33,251 bases of DNA from an uncultured virus (IMG/VR IMGVR_UViG_3300028591_000016) (taxonomy: Duplodnaviria; Heunggongvirae; Uroviricota; Caudoviricetes): IMG/VR virus record IMGVR_UViG_3300028591_000016; one strand, written 5' to 3'. The notes below the pieces were generated by a model. The model saw only the letters and a list, made by a program, of their open reading frames with translations. It was not told the DNA's origin and did no database searches. Positions within the stretch are counted from its first letter, which is position 1; every line of letters starts with the position of its first letter. Below, piece after piece: positions 1-12,000 of the stretch. A program made the position numbers and the translations under genes.

Positions 1-5
1 CCCCG

Positions 6-2966
6 ATGCAGGGAATGTTCCAGATAGGCCCTGCCGCATTGCCTATGGCAACGGTGGAGGTAGATGATTGGCAGAGGTCCCATACGACATCGGACAAGTC
101 CGACGACATCTCCCCTTATTCACCGATTATCCCAGAACAATCCGTGGAGGTCTCTTCGGCCACGCTCGGGACTATCACCGGTAATCGCATATGGTATAGA
201 CCACGCACCCACCTGCTGACCGTGGATGAGGACCAGGATGCGATTCTTATCTTCAACAATGGCGGAGGAAGATTCCTCTCGACCCAGAGGGCTGTCTCCC
301 CCTCCGCACATCCATCCAGGGATGCAGACACGGAGATAGGGAACTTCTATTACGATTGGAAGGAGGATAGCTGGTATTGGTTCTCTGGAAGAGGGACCCT
401 GCCAGTCAATGAGGAGATGAAGGTCTACTTCAGGTCGCTGCCATTCACCGAATCTATGGACAACCCGAATGGATCGACATATTCTCTCATACCTCCTGAT
501 GGCATGGGCGGGATGACAGCCTGGGAAACAGAGAAGCCTTATTTCAAGGGTGTTGACGATTCCACATACATCGGAAACCGCATCTCCTTTGAATATACCT
601 TCACCGCCCGCAAATCACAGGACAGGATGATCAGAAGGACATTCTACCCTGCATGGACTCCATTATTGAATGACGGAGATGTGCAAAGGGCCATACTGAT
701 AACTCCTGGACACAAGGCGATAGAGATTCACAACATCCAGACGGTTACCGAGACATATAACGTATCTTTAGATGTGAAACCCATTGTGGTCTATGGATAC
801 AAGCGTTCCTTCTGCATGGATTTGGGGGTATCTAAACAGATATCGATACAGTATACGCGCCCCGGTCTGCCCTACCCTCAGAACACCATCGCTCCGACCC
901 CGCACGAGTGTGACAATAGCAGCGGGGACAGCCGCAGATGGTCCAATGCAAAATGGATAGAGGGGATGCAGGAGCTCCTCAACAGATGGCAGATGAGGAC
1001 GAATGGGTCAGAACTGTTCCTCCTCCGCCCGGGATTGGGTCGTCTCTCTGGCACGGAGACAGACGCAGATCCGATGAGGAGTTACATCACGAGAATCATA
1101 GGCGACAATTGTTACATCTCCGAGTTCTCGGTGCCATATGCAGACAGCCCATACTCCATATCTGGCACAGTGGGGCTCACTATCGGTACGCTGTATCCCA
1201 AGGTCTCCTCCCGTCCGTTGGTCACCGTGAACTTCTACCAGCCCATATACAATCCTGGAGATTATCCTCCTGGAACAATGAACAATCCTTATACGGAATA
1301 CAATGTGACACTCTATTCCCCCACATCCGTCCCTTCGGACATATACATAACAGAGGGGGCCCATATTTCAATAAATGGGGTCATAGGTAACCAGGTTTCA
1401 TATTTCTCCTATGGAATCAGATTTTCAAATGAATTTGCAGATACTCATGGCCTTACCTGCGAAAGAACTGAACGGAGCGAGGGATTCTTCGTATCTACTA
1501 CTTACTACTACACATATTCTATATCGGGTACCTTATCTGCTGGGACATATACAATATCTGCAAACATAGAATCCTACGCCCCCGTCCAGTCACCCAACGC
1601 CACATCTGTCGCCTCATCAAGGCCCTTCACGATACATGTGGTCCCTGCAATAAATGATCCTGAAATAGAAGGGGATACCAGTTATAGGACCACATCCCGC
1701 AGATACCCTGCGGCCACACTTTTGATGTTGCCGGAACCTGCATCCATCTTCGGATCCAGCGGTATTCAAATTACGACCGAACCAAGCTCCGGAGGAGGGT
1801 ATGATTACCGCGTCAGCGGTACTGCCGTATCTGGATGGAGTCTGTATGGAGATGAAACGCCATTCCCTCCTAAAAAGGTGATAGATGTAAGGGATCTATA
1901 TGTGCCAGCATTCCAGGATTATCGTCTTTATGGTATCGGTGCAGACATCAGCGGTTCCTCGGCTCACTTCTTCTTCCCGCCTACTGATGAAAATAACATG
2001 CCAGATACTAAACAGGGTCAGAGGTTTGTATATGAGGTCACTATCACCCCTAACCCGAATAAGACAATGACAGTCATGTGGGGCATTGCAGGCGGAGGCG
2101 GCGGAGGTGGCGGAGCTGCCTGTATGGACTCGGCCTACTCTCATGATAGCGGGAGAAATACATCCGCTTATTTCCACAGTGGCGGAGGCGGCGGAAGCGG
2201 AAGCCTAAGCACCTCTTATATCAAGGAGACCAACGCTCCGGCCACATTCAAGGTATGCTGCGGATGTGGAGGTAGAGGAGGCAATTCTCCAGAGGCCCAA
2301 GACGGGTCCGAAGGAGCGGATGGTACGGATGGACTCATGGGGCAAACGACCCAACTCTATCTACTGGAGGGGGGCGCATATGTCCTCAAGAATACTGTCA
2401 ATCCGGGTTATGGTGGTTATGGAGCCAAGGTAGCGGATAAGAATACTACCAACAAAGCAAAAGGCGGAGGTGGGTATAGAAAGGGCGGAGACGGGTCATA
2501 TGACTATGAGATTTCCGGTTCACCCGGAATTTCTGGCCCCACATCATCTGTCGACGATTCCGGAAAGGGCGGCGCAGGTGGCGCGGGCCAGATCGGCGTT
2601 GTATCCGTGAGGTATGGTTCGAAAACTCACACCAAATCCGTTCACCTCCCGGGAGGCGGCGGAGGCGGCGGAGGTGTCTACGAGTCAGGCATGGCTCATT
2701 TCGCAAATGCGGGAGATGGTGGGTCGAAGAACATGTCCACCCCATTGGAGAACGTTCATCCCCGTCTTCCGATGGCAGGATACAGCGCAGGCGGCGGAGG
2801 CGGCGGCGGATACTTTGGATATACTACCCAACCAATAGTTGTAGGTGTCAATAAGGTGTTCACCATCATGCCCTGCGATGGAGGCCACGGCGGCCATGGG
2901 TGGGCATATGTGACCGTTCTGAATGGAACCATCACATCGACCAGTAATGGGGAGTGGCAATCATGA
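6..2966 (+). CDS. Large tail/baseplate-associated protein with a tail-module domain (aa ~236-395), beta-rich middle and C-terminal glycine-rich domain; may be 5'-truncated
   Basis: 986-aa ORF; poly-Gly tracts (GIAGGGGGGGG, PGGGGGGGG, SAGGGGGGG) typical of viral tail Gly-rich domains; aa 236-395 resemble the next gene; the frame is open to the window edge. Confidence 0.65.
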   Translation: MQGMFQIGPAALPMATVEVDDWQRSHTTSDKSDDISPYSPIIPEQSVEVSSATLGTITGNRIWYRPRTHLLTVDEDQDAILIFNNGGGRFLSTQRAVSPSAHPSRDADTEIGNFYYDWKEDSWYWFSGRGTLPVNEEMKVYFRSLPFTESMDNPNGSTYSLIPPDGMGGMTAWETEKPYFKGVDDSTYIGNRISFEYTFTARKSQDRMIRRTFYPAWTPLLNDGDVQRAILITPGHKAIEIHNIQTVTETYNVSLDVKPIVVYGYKRSFCMDLGVSKQISIQYTRPGLPYPQNTIAPTPHECDNSSGDSRRWSNAKWIEGMQELLNRWQMRTNGSELFLLRPGLGRLSGTETDADPMRSYITRIIGDNCYISEFSVPYADSPYSISGTVGLTIGTLYPKVSSRPLVTVNFYQPIYNPGDYPPGTMNNPYTEYNVTLYSPTSVPSDIYITEGAHISINGVIGNQVSYFSYGIRFSNEFADTHGLTCERTERSEGFFVSTTYYYTYSISGTLSAGTYTISANIESYAPVQSPNATSVASSRPFTIHVVPAINDPEIEGDTSYRTTSRRYPAATLLMLPEPASIFGSSGIQITTEPSSGGGYDYRVSGTAVSGWSLYGDETPFPPKKVIDVRDLYVPAFQDYRLYGIGADISGSSAHFFFPPTDENNMPDTKQGQRFVYEVTITPNPNKTMTVMWGIAGGGGGGGGAACMDSAYSHDSGRNTSAYFHSGGGGGSGSLSTSYIKETNAPATFKVCCGCGGRGGNSPEAQDGSEGADGTDGLMGQTTQLYLLEGGAYVLKNTVNPGYGGYGAKVADKNTTNKAKGGGGYRKGGDGSYDYEISGSPGISGPTSSVDDSGKGGAGGAGQIGVVSVRYGSKTHTKSVHLPGGGGGGGGVYESGMAHFANAGDGGSKNMSTPLENVHPRLPMAGYSAGGGGGGGYFGYTTQPIVVGVNKVFTIMPCDGGHGGHGWAYVTVLNGTITSTSNGEWQS

Positions 2967-3550
2967 AGAGCAACGGGCATCTGTATATCGGAATGGACAT
3001 AGACAAGGTTCTGGATATGGGTGTTCAGAAACTGGAGGATTCACTCATCGTCAACATGGTATCCGGTCCGATTGTAACATATTCCGCCGAGAACGCATAC
3101 GCTTTCGATATCGGCACACAGAATGAGCTGTCGATTCACATCACCCGCAGAAATCCGCAGAATGCATATGATCCTCTGGATGATACAGATCTGGAATACA
3201 CCCTTGGGGATGATGAAGATGTTGAAGATGCAGCGGACAGGACGCTGCTTGAGGGTAGCTGGGAACATTCTGGCACATGGTGCAACCGTCTCTGGAAGAA
3301 GGCTCTCACCTCACTCATAAACAGATGGCAGGCGCGTACCGATGGTAATAGGCTGACATTCATACCCGTTGTCACCATAGATGGAACCGCGGATACAGAT
3401 GGCGTGTTTCAACGTAAGATCGTGGATGCGAACGTCTATATGAAGACCTTATCTATCTCTTATTCCATCAATTCTCCTGAGGTGCTCGAAGTGTCGATAA
3501 ATCTCGTAAGGGGTTCGATGTGCGGTCAAAGGATTGGGAGGAGTAGCTGA
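2963..3550 (+). CDS. Putative tail (distal-tail/tube-like) protein
   Basis: ATG 2963 overlaps the upstream stop (ATGA), preceded by GGGGAGTG; shares DxGxxxxxSIxxTR and LxNRWQxRTxG motifs with ORF 6..2966; tail-gene context. Confidence 0.6.
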   Translation: MKSNGHLYIGMDIDKVLDMGVQKLEDSLIVNMVSGPIVTYSAENAYAFDIGTQNELSIHITRRNPQNAYDPLDDTDLEYTLGDDEDVEDAADRTLLEGSWEHSGTWCNRLWKKALTSLINRWQARTDGNRLTFIPVVTIDGTADTDGVFQRKIVDANVYMKTLSISYSINSPEVLEVSINLVRGSMCGQRIGRSS

Positions 3551-5631
3551 TGTCATCTCCCTCGAACCCTGCAACCGAGATCAATACCACTTTCGAAGCA
3601 CTAGGCAACGACTTCCCCTCCGGAGTGTGCTACATCGCTAACGGATCCCCTGTATATATCGCGGATTATGAGGTGGATGGGCTCATGTGGGAGATGGGGT
3701 CGACAATACCCACCATCTCTATCGGCGGTACCACTCCGGTATTAGGTCTTGTATATAACAATGATACCACGGCACGGGAATGGGCCCTGCATGGAAACAT
3801 CACCGGGAACGATGGCGACACCCTTTCATTCGATGTGACATATTCAGAAGACCCCGTCGGGACATATACATTCATCATCGTCGCGACACCTACTCCATTC
3901 CCGGACGCAGGCACGCCTGAAGACCCTATCGAGTCACTGACCATCACCGGGGCAGACCTGGCGAAAGGAGTCGTGGCAAGAACCTTCTATCTGACCCAGG
4001 GTGCAACACTGGATATAACCGGATGGTTCAACGATGGCTCGGAGTACTGGTTCGACCGCAATGATCCGGAACCGGGACACAATATAGTTAGGACCAACAT
4101 CCTCAACGACAATGACCAATGGGAAGGGTACAGGTTCACAAGCAGCGGGGTGACAAATGTCAACCCTGCCATGACCGAGACGTTCTATCTGACCTATCAT
4201 ATGAGGGATTTGACCGCAGGGACGACCACAACATATACCTGGTCCTTCTCGATAATGGCCGATCCCGATGCGGATGATGAGTCGTCCACTCCCACTGTGA
4301 ATAGGGGAGAGGGCGTGGACATCCAGAGAGAAGAGCAAATCTTCATGTCCGATATCGATAACCTCTCACAATACCTCATCTATCAATCCGAGTCGGATTA
4401 CAACTGTGTGGAATCCTATACGATATACGGCGGCAGCGAGCAGCCATTCGAATATGTGAAGCTTAAGATCAACAGGAAGCAATTGAGCGTACTTGCGCCG
4501 GAACTGATTGATTACATCATCCCCGGACGGAACATTATCACATTATTCGGTCCAGGCAGAGGGGAGTATGTCGTGACCAAGTGTTCAAAATCCAATGATA
4601 CATGGACAGTCGTGGCATATGCGACCATGGAACAGATCAGAGGATTGGTCATTACAGAGAGCAGATCATTCACTGAACTTGCGCCAGCTGATATGATAAC
4701 GAATCTCGTCCGCAGCACCCCGGATATGCTTGCCGTCTCCGGATCCAACCCGCTCAACCTCATTCATGAGATTGCCTTCCTGGTGAGAGCCAGCAACAAC
4801 TCGTGGGCAAACCCCGTAGGTTGTGCCTTCGAGGCGGGCACTAACGTGTGGTACGCCATCCAGGTGTGCGCTCTGAAGCTCAACGCCAAGGTTTGGCTTA
4901 CGGATGGTGTGCTATACGTCATAGACACATCGCTCACGGCCCAAGAGGCTCTGAACCCAAGTACCACATTCAGCTCCCTCGGCCAATCAAAATCCCCATT
5001 CAACGATATCGGTACGATATATCTCAATTCAGAAGGGGGATTCCCTATCAACCCAACGGAGTATCAGCAGGATATAATCTCTAATGTGGTGGATACTCCT
5101 GAACTAGGGGAGGATGGCAGTGAGGTGCTCCGTAATACCGTTACCATCACGTATAAAGGGAATATGACGACCATGTCCGATAACAATGGCAACCCCGCGA
5201 ATTCCCGTTCGATCTACAATATGAAAATGCACTCCCTGACCATACCTCAGATATCCGAGGGTGATGCCAAGGCGATCGCGAACCTGATGGCAAACAAGTA
5301 TTGCGACTCCGAGACATCCATCTCCTTCTCTATGGCAGAGATCGTCGAATCAACGGAAACAGAGGACGGCGTGACAACCACGCACTTCCGTTGGTACCCC
5401 TTCTTCACGCCATTGACACGTGCGGAGAAGATCGTGGATTACGTCAACGAGTCGACCACATCCATCACGAGCAACCTCGACCTTACCTCAAAATTCTATA
5501 ATAAGGGCATGCTGTCCCTGTACGAGTCGTCGTTCCCGCAGCATATCACCAAGTACACATTCGGTATCTCAATGCCGACCGATGTCTCGCAGAACAACTC
5601 CATCATACTGAGTGCAATCAACAACGGCTGA
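3550..5631 (+). CDS. Putative baseplate hub/tail-tip protein with N-terminal Ig-like/adhesin domains
   Basis: 693-aa ORF coupled to the upstream stop (TGATG); lies between tail and fibre genes; function inferred from synteny. Confidence 0.55.
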   Translation: MSSPSNPATEINTTFEALGNDFPSGVCYIANGSPVYIADYEVDGLMWEMGSTIPTISIGGTTPVLGLVYNNDTTAREWALHGNITGNDGDTLSFDVTYSEDPVGTYTFIIVATPTPFPDAGTPEDPIESLTITGADLAKGVVARTFYLTQGATLDITGWFNDGSEYWFDRNDPEPGHNIVRTNILNDNDQWEGYRFTSSGVTNVNPAMTETFYLTYHMRDLTAGTTTTYTWSFSIMADPDADDESSTPTVNRGEGVDIQREEQIFMSDIDNLSQYLIYQSESDYNCVESYTIYGGSEQPFEYVKLKINRKQLSVLAPELIDYIIPGRNIITLFGPGRGEYVVTKCSKSNDTWTVVAYATMEQIRGLVITESRSFTELAPADMITNLVRSTPDMLAVSGSNPLNLIHEIAFLVRASNNSWANPVGCAFEAGTNVWYAIQVCALKLNAKVWLTDGVLYVIDTSLTAQEALNPSTTFSSLGQSKSPFNDIGTIYLNSEGGFPINPTEYQQDIISNVVDTPELGEDGSEVLRNTVTITYKGNMTTMSDNNGNPANSRSIYNMKMHSLTIPQISEGDAKAIANLMANKYCDSETSISFSMAEIVESTETEDGVTTTHFRWYPFFTPLTRAEKIVDYVNESTTSITSNLDLTSKFYNKGMLSLYESSFPQHITKYTFGISMPTDVSQNNSIILSAINNG

Positions 5632-5635
5632 TGCC

Positions 5636-5643
5636 TTTATAAA
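5636..5643 (+). promoter_or_regulatory. Archaeal-type TATA box (TTTATAAA), probably driving a leaderless fibre/baseplate transcript
   Basis: CTTTATAAATCC ~29 bp upstream of ATG 5672; no SD in front of that ATG. Confidence 0.55.
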
Positions 5644-5671
5644 TCCATGATGCGATAGTGCAACGATCACG

Positions 5672-7156
5672 ATGAGTATGCACACCATCGAAGTGGTGTA
5701 CGATCCTACCACCAGGCGTATATCACTGACGCAGAACACTGATAAGTATGGTGGTGCAACATCGGATAACAATTCTGTCGCTATCAGAGTCTATGGCATA
5801 GAGCCAGAAGGGGACAACTTCAGGGCACGCGTGGACTTCAACGTGCAGGTGATGACCAACGCCCACACCTATCAGCACCCTTATGTGGAACTGGAGCCGG
5901 AATTTGCGGAGGAACAGACTCTCAGGGGCCTCTCTCCCCCTCCGCAGTATTCCGCCCCATGGTCTGGAGTGATTCCGGGCGCGGTGCTCGCTGCCACCGA
6001 GCAAACCCATAACAAGCTTCAGTTCCAGCTTCTCCTTGCAAGCGATGATTACGTCATCAATTCCCGTAATACGATCACTCTTGAGGTCACGCAAGCCATC
6101 TCCGCGCAGTCAGACGATCTGCCGATGCCTGAGCTCCCAGACTGGGAGATCCCTGACGGTCAGATCCCGGAGTATGTCGACCTCCACACGGTGGAGCTAG
6201 AATATGACCCAGATACCAGAAATCTCTCATTCGTAGATGAAAAGTCCAAGTATGGCGGGTCGACGATAGACACCAACTCGGTAGCCATCATAGTCACATC
6301 GGCGAGTGCTCAGCAGACTACCAGAGGCGGTAATTCGCTGTTCAAAGCAAGGATCGACTTCGCTGTGCCGGTGATCGTTGAGAACGGCATAGCGGTCAAG
6401 CCGTTCATTTCGCTGAGACCCATAGGCAATGCACTTATTGCCATGGTCCCGCAGCCCGTGCTGATGGCCGCCAGAGAGTTGAAGAAGCTCCCGCTTCAAC
6501 TGGTCATCAGAGAGGGTGACGCGATCATCAACTCCCGCAACACCATCACTCTCGATATCACCAGGGCCATCAACGCTCTGCAGACCATCAACAACGTGTA
6601 TGCCCCGGACCTGATGTTCCGCGATGATACGTGGGAATGGATGGAGGACTACACCTACTCGATAGGGTCTGTGGTCGTATATGATGGAGCGATCTACATC
6701 TCTCTAGCCGATGATAATCTGGGCAACAATCCTGCGGAAACGGAGGGGATGTATTGGACCATCCCCGCATCCGCAACCATTCAGCTCAATGGACAAGCTA
6801 CTGCTTTATCCAACGATGTATCGATATATGCCCCCTCCTCCGCGGGGACCAACGGGCAGATTCTCATATCAAACGGTTCAGGTGAACCTGCTTGGCAGGA
6901 TAGTATCGAGAATTACGCGAAAAAAGTTTCCGAGGAGAGAGTCATATATAGTGAGGGGGAATCTTCCATTACCTTATCTCATGACCTCGGGGATTACCCG
7001 TCTTCTGTACTAGTCTTTGAAAGGTCAGGTGCTCCCGGGGCATATAAATGGAATAGGGTAGACGTGGCATATGAGGCTACAGAGGACGAAATCATCTTAA
7101 AATTCGCAGTGCCAGTCCCGTATGGGGTGGCATTTAAAATCAAGGCGTTGATATAA
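5672..7156 (+). CDS. Baseplate-upper (BppU-like) protein: two tandem ~140-aa repeats, CBM5/12-like carbohydrate-binding module, C-terminal fibre-type beta domain
   Basis: Duplicated HTxExxYDPxTR..KYGGxTxDxNSVAI..ARxDF..INSRNTITLxxTxAI; WxxDYTYSIGSVVVYDGAIY..W motif at ~6632-6757. Confidence 0.6.
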   Translation: MSMHTIEVVYDPTTRRISLTQNTDKYGGATSDNNSVAIRVYGIEPEGDNFRARVDFNVQVMTNAHTYQHPYVELEPEFAEEQTLRGLSPPPQYSAPWSGVIPGAVLAATEQTHNKLQFQLLLASDDYVINSRNTITLEVTQAISAQSDDLPMPELPDWEIPDGQIPEYVDLHTVELEYDPDTRNLSFVDEKSKYGGSTIDTNSVAIIVTSASAQQTTRGGNSLFKARIDFAVPVIVENGIAVKPFISLRPIGNALIAMVPQPVLMAARELKKLPLQLVIREGDAIINSRNTITLDITRAINALQTINNVYAPDLMFRDDTWEWMEDYTYSIGSVVVYDGAIYISLADDNLGNNPAETEGMYWTIPASATIQLNGQATALSNDVSIYAPSSAGTNGQILISNGSGEPAWQDSIENYAKKVSEERVIYSEGESSITLSHDLGDYPSSVLVFERSGAPGAYKWNRVDVAYEATEDEIILKFAVPVPYGVAFKIKALI

Positions 7157-9051
7157 TGACAAACGACGAGAATCCTACGTTGAGGCAGTACTCCAACTTG
7201 GAGGTGCACGGAAAAATAACACAGACTGTAGCCCAGGGCACGAATAGTGACGATGTGGTGAAGGTGGGAACATATGCTCCCATCTCTATAACCGCGACCA
7301 CTCCTGCAGGCGGAACGATACCTGGACAGGTAATCATCTGCGGGGATGGATCGACAGCAGGAGCGGGCGCGGCTTATATAAAGACAGGTGCATCTAATTT
7401 CAAATTGCTTGGTGGGTTGCAAACAGAAGCAATCTCTAATTCGACGACCACGCCATATAAGTTTCCCCTGCTTATAAATTCTATTAAACAGGATGGGGAT
7501 ACTCTTGCAACAGGCCCCATCACTTCTGCAAACCTAAGTGATGATTTATATTATCAAATTTTCACACATCCAACTCAAGGATCTTTCCGTTCACTGCATA
7601 CACCCCAACTCGAAACACGTAGTATCTACCTTAGATCGAATGATAATCCTACAGGCATTTATTCTTGTATTCAACAAACAGGAGGTTCCAGTTTTTCAGG
7701 GCTATCTATAGTATCCACGTATATTGTAGGTAGTACTGTAAAATCCGCAGGCATCTCCATATCCACATTAACTGATGAGATGGTGGGGATAACAGTTAAT
7801 GGCCTAAACAACGCATATACATTTAGCACCACTGGGCTTAAATTATATGCTTCCGGTTCAATTCAGGCAGGAGATGCGTATGCTGTATCAGGCAATGCAG
7901 TCTACGATTATATTCAGGGCCTGCCTGAACCAATGATCTTTAAGGGTACAGTAGGTACCGATGGTACGATAGCATGGGCTGACCTGCCCCAACCTGCTGC
8001 AGGCACAGGTGTATCTTCTGGAAACGAGGGTTGGACCTATAAGGTCATCACAAAGTACACCAACACCGGTTCAAGTGATTACCGTCCGTCCGCAGAGATA
8101 GGCGACACGATCATATCCAATGGTACCGAATGGACAGTCATCCCATCCGGAGACGTCCCTGCAGGTACAGTCACATCCATAGCCACAGGTGCAGGTCTTA
8201 CAGGCGGGCCAATCACCTCCTCAGGTACGATTAAAGCCAACCTCAACAGTGAAACATCTATTGGAACGATCGGATCGAACAAGGTGTATGCCGTAGGTGT
8301 GGACTCCAACAGCAAACTTGCTGTGTCCGTACCGTGGACAGACACACTGGTCACACAGAATTATGTGTCTTCCGGTCAAGGGACCTTCCCACTCCTTCTC
8401 TCTGGGCAGTCCGATATCACGTCCACTAGCACCAGGGGTGCGAAAACGGCGAATCTGACCAATAAGATATATGCGGATATGGCAGCTGACGCATTATGCC
8501 TTAACGGATTCAATCTTTCCGGAGGAGGCAGCTTAGGTTTATTGAGCAAAACTGGAGGCATCACCCAGACAAATATGTCTTATCTATCTCTCGGCTCAGG
8601 GAATCTGATTCTGGAAGCACGTGGCAGTTCATCAACAAATATTGCCTCAATAAGCATGTCCACTGGAGAGGTAGACTTAGTAGTTAAGGGAAACGTACAC
8701 TACCATTTTGGTTCTTCAACCCTGACTGTGCCAGGTAAAGTAGATCTTACAACATCCGGCGATATAGTCTCCTCAAACAGGTATGCGGTTACAGGCGGTA
8801 CGGTATACACCGCTTTACAGTCCTACGCTAAAAAAGCATCATATACCGTTTCCGTGAATGCTGCAGGGGCATACACTGTACCACCTGGAGGTACTGGACT
8901 CGGATTTGCGCCCAAGGTCGTTCAAATCTATGACCCTGATGGCATACAGGTGTTGGTTCGTACAGAACTCACAGATGGTAGTGTAACATTCCGCACCGCC
9001 ACAGCACTCTCTGCGGCTCAGACATGGACAGTGAACATCATCGGCTGGTGA
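7156..9051 (+). CDS. Tail fibre / receptor-binding protein
   Basis: 631 aa, Thr/Ser/Gly-rich; GTVTSIATGAGLTGGPITSSGTI fibre motif; module shared with the next gene. Confidence 0.75.
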   Translation: MTNDENPTLRQYSNLEVHGKITQTVAQGTNSDDVVKVGTYAPISITATTPAGGTIPGQVIICGDGSTAGAGAAYIKTGASNFKLLGGLQTEAISNSTTTPYKFPLLINSIKQDGDTLATGPITSANLSDDLYYQIFTHPTQGSFRSLHTPQLETRSIYLRSNDNPTGIYSCIQQTGGSSFSGLSIVSTYIVGSTVKSAGISISTLTDEMVGITVNGLNNAYTFSTTGLKLYASGSIQAGDAYAVSGNAVYDYIQGLPEPMIFKGTVGTDGTIAWADLPQPAAGTGVSSGNEGWTYKVITKYTNTGSSDYRPSAEIGDTIISNGTEWTVIPSGDVPAGTVTSIATGAGLTGGPITSSGTIKANLNSETSIGTIGSNKVYAVGVDSNSKLAVSVPWTDTLVTQNYVSSGQGTFPLLLSGQSDITSTSTRGAKTANLTNKIYADMAADALCLNGFNLSGGGSLGLLSKTGGITQTNMSYLSLGSGNLILEARGSSSTNIASISMSTGEVDLVVKGNVHYHFGSSTLTVPGKVDLTTSGDIVSSNRYAVTGGTVYTALQSYAKKASYTVSVNAAGAYTVPPGGTGLGFAPKVVQIYDPDGIQVLVRTELTDGSVTFRTATALSAAQTWTVNIIGW

Positions 9052-9056
9052 GATAA

Positions 9057-12000
9057 GTGGTCGACACTGTGACGAACCCCGTTCCGATCCCATCGGACGT
9101 GGAGGTCAATGGCAAGGTCAAGGCGACCAAATTCATCGGCCCGTTGGAGGGCAATGCAGATACTGCAACGACAGCTACGACCGCAAGTAAACTTGGGTCA
9201 AGCAATGTCGGAGCCACGCTGAAGATAATGTATCTCAACGGCGGATCACCGACCAACGGTACACAGCTTTATAATGACAAAGTAAAGGTTGCAGGTACTG
9301 CTTCTACTATCGTCACTACGGGCACGACCGCTTTAGATCTGGCAACCGCAAGCCATACCCATGGGAACATAACTAACGATGGCAAGCTCGGGACCGCAAG
9401 CAGAGTCGTAATTACTGATGGCAGTAAGAACATCACGACCGACTCCAATATCGACACCACCGAACTGAGTTACCTAAATGGTGTTTCGTCCAACATCCAG
9501 ACCCAGATTGACGGTAAAATGAAAAGGGGTACATATGAGCGTATAGAAGGTACAACTTCTGCTCATAAGGATCTCAATAATTACTATACGCCTGGATTTT
9601 ACAATGTAAAAGGATTGTATACGGATAATTGTCCTTTAACAACAGATACAGATTACTATCTAATGGTGATGCCATGGAATAAGGATAAATGGACTACTCA
9701 ATTCCTTATTTCCGGAAATGGTACGCCCAATTCCGGAAAAATGTGGTATAGGACTACAACAAATGGTACCGCAACCACATGGGGCGGATGGGTGAGGGCT
9801 GCATCCGCGTCAGAACTTCCCTCCGCATCCTCCACCACACCCTCTGATCTGGGCACCGCCGCCGTGGGAACATCCACAGCATATGCGAGGGCGGACCACG
9901 TCCATAAGAAACCTACTGCATCAGATATTGGTGCTGCGCCGACCTCCCATGCAGTTGACGCCAGTACATATGGATGGGGCTCTAAATCTGTTGCAGGGCA
10001 TCTAAAGGTAGGATCCAACATCACTGTATCAGATGGTACGATCAGCCTTACAAAAACGGATGTTACTAGTGCCCTTGGTTATACGCCCCCTACGTCTAAC
10101 ACGGACACTCTGATGACCCAGAGTGTCAGTACAGCTAATGCAACATACCCTATACTTGCGTGTCCCACTGCAGATGCGACAGCTAACCAGGGTGCGAAGA
10201 CAGGTATCTTTGCCAGTTCTGTTGAACTGAATCCGTCAACCGGAAACATCGTATTCACTAAAGCATCAGGCGGGATCTCATATAAAGGTACAAAATCCAC
10301 ATACAACATGATCCGCTTTGTAGATAATACAGGCGACACCTTTGGTAACGGCATCATAATAGGAGGGGGAGGGCTCGTCTCAATAGGCGGAGGTGAGTCT
10401 GCAACCACTATTGCGGGATCTGAAAGCGGGGGGCTGGAAGAACTAAGGCTCGGGAGTGACGGAGTCATCAGAGTATATACGAATGTTCAAAGTAACTCCA
10501 CCACAGTAAGTACGTTCAACACAGACGGTACATTCACTCCTAAGACCTCTGGGTCTGTTGCATCTAACAACGGGAACGCAGTCACAGGAGGGGTCGTATA
10601 TACCGCGATACAGAACCTCAAGAGCGAAATCGGCACGCCCATGCACTACAAGGGCGCATGGACATCCAATAACTCCTGGCCATCCAATCCCGCCACAGGG
10701 GACACATATAGGGCAACCGTAAATGGGTCGATTGATAATGTACCAACATGGAAAGCGGGAGATACACTCGTCTACGGAGAATCCGCATGGGATATTATCC
10801 CATCGGGTGATGAGCCCACGGGTACAGTCATACCTTCTGGAACTATTACAAACGGTCACATTGCGGTATTCGATGGGACTTCAGGAAACGTCATCAAGGA
10901 TGGAGGTGCAACATCCCAGTTCCAACCTGCTGGTACATATCTCACATTATACAACAACGCATCAAATCTTTCCACCATTGCTGGTTGGGGAACACTCACA
11001 TCTACTAACGGATATACACATCTTGCAGGTGTGGCTCAAGCAGCAGGAGGATCCAATGGTGAATTAAGGATTGCAACCAAGAGCGGACAAGTATCTGTAC
11101 AAGTCGATGGGTATTATTACCAAAATGAGGGAAAATATCAAGTCATTGATACTACCACCACACAATCACTCACCAATAAAACATACAATGGATACACACT
11201 TGCCGCAGCATGCGCGAAAGGTGTAGATACATCCATAGCTAACGCATCTTCAAGCGCCAGTCTCCCTACAAGTGCGGCGGTCGCGGCGTTCGTAGAAGGA
11301 AAAGGGTATACCACTCTTTCGATAGGCACAACCTCTACCACCGCGGCTGCAGGTGACCACACCCACGCCATATCCTTGGAAAGCGGCGGCGCGACTACTT
11401 TTGTATTGTCTCATGGAGGGACATACACCCTGACTGCGGGAGGATCCAGTGTCATTTTCAAAATGCCGAATGATGATAATACCCACTACACCGCAAATCT
11501 GATCACGGGTGCATCAGCCACAGCTCAGTCCAATGCGGCAAATACTACAACCAACAGCATATTCCTCAACCTGGTTGAGAACAGTACCGTACGCAATTCA
11601 CATAATATAGTGGGTTCGGGAGGAACTACCGTCGCGTGTGATGCAAACGGCAAGATCACGATCACATCTCCTTCACTGGGTACAGGGGCCTCTAATGCCG
11701 CCAAAGGAAATCACACCCACACTGCATCCCTCACGGCCGCAGGATCCAGTGGGACCACTTTGGCACATAACACATGGTATACACTTACTGCGGGCGGGTC
11801 CAGTGTCATATTCAAGACCCCAGCGGATAATAATACTGACATATATGTAAAACAGATTCCTCTCACAACCGATAACACTTACACATATCCTCTTCTCGCA
11901 AGTGCTACAGCTAGTGCTACGACTGAAACTACGACCACAAGTGTGTTCTGTCCAAACATTCAATTAAGACCCTTGTCTACCGCAATTACATTATCGTTAT

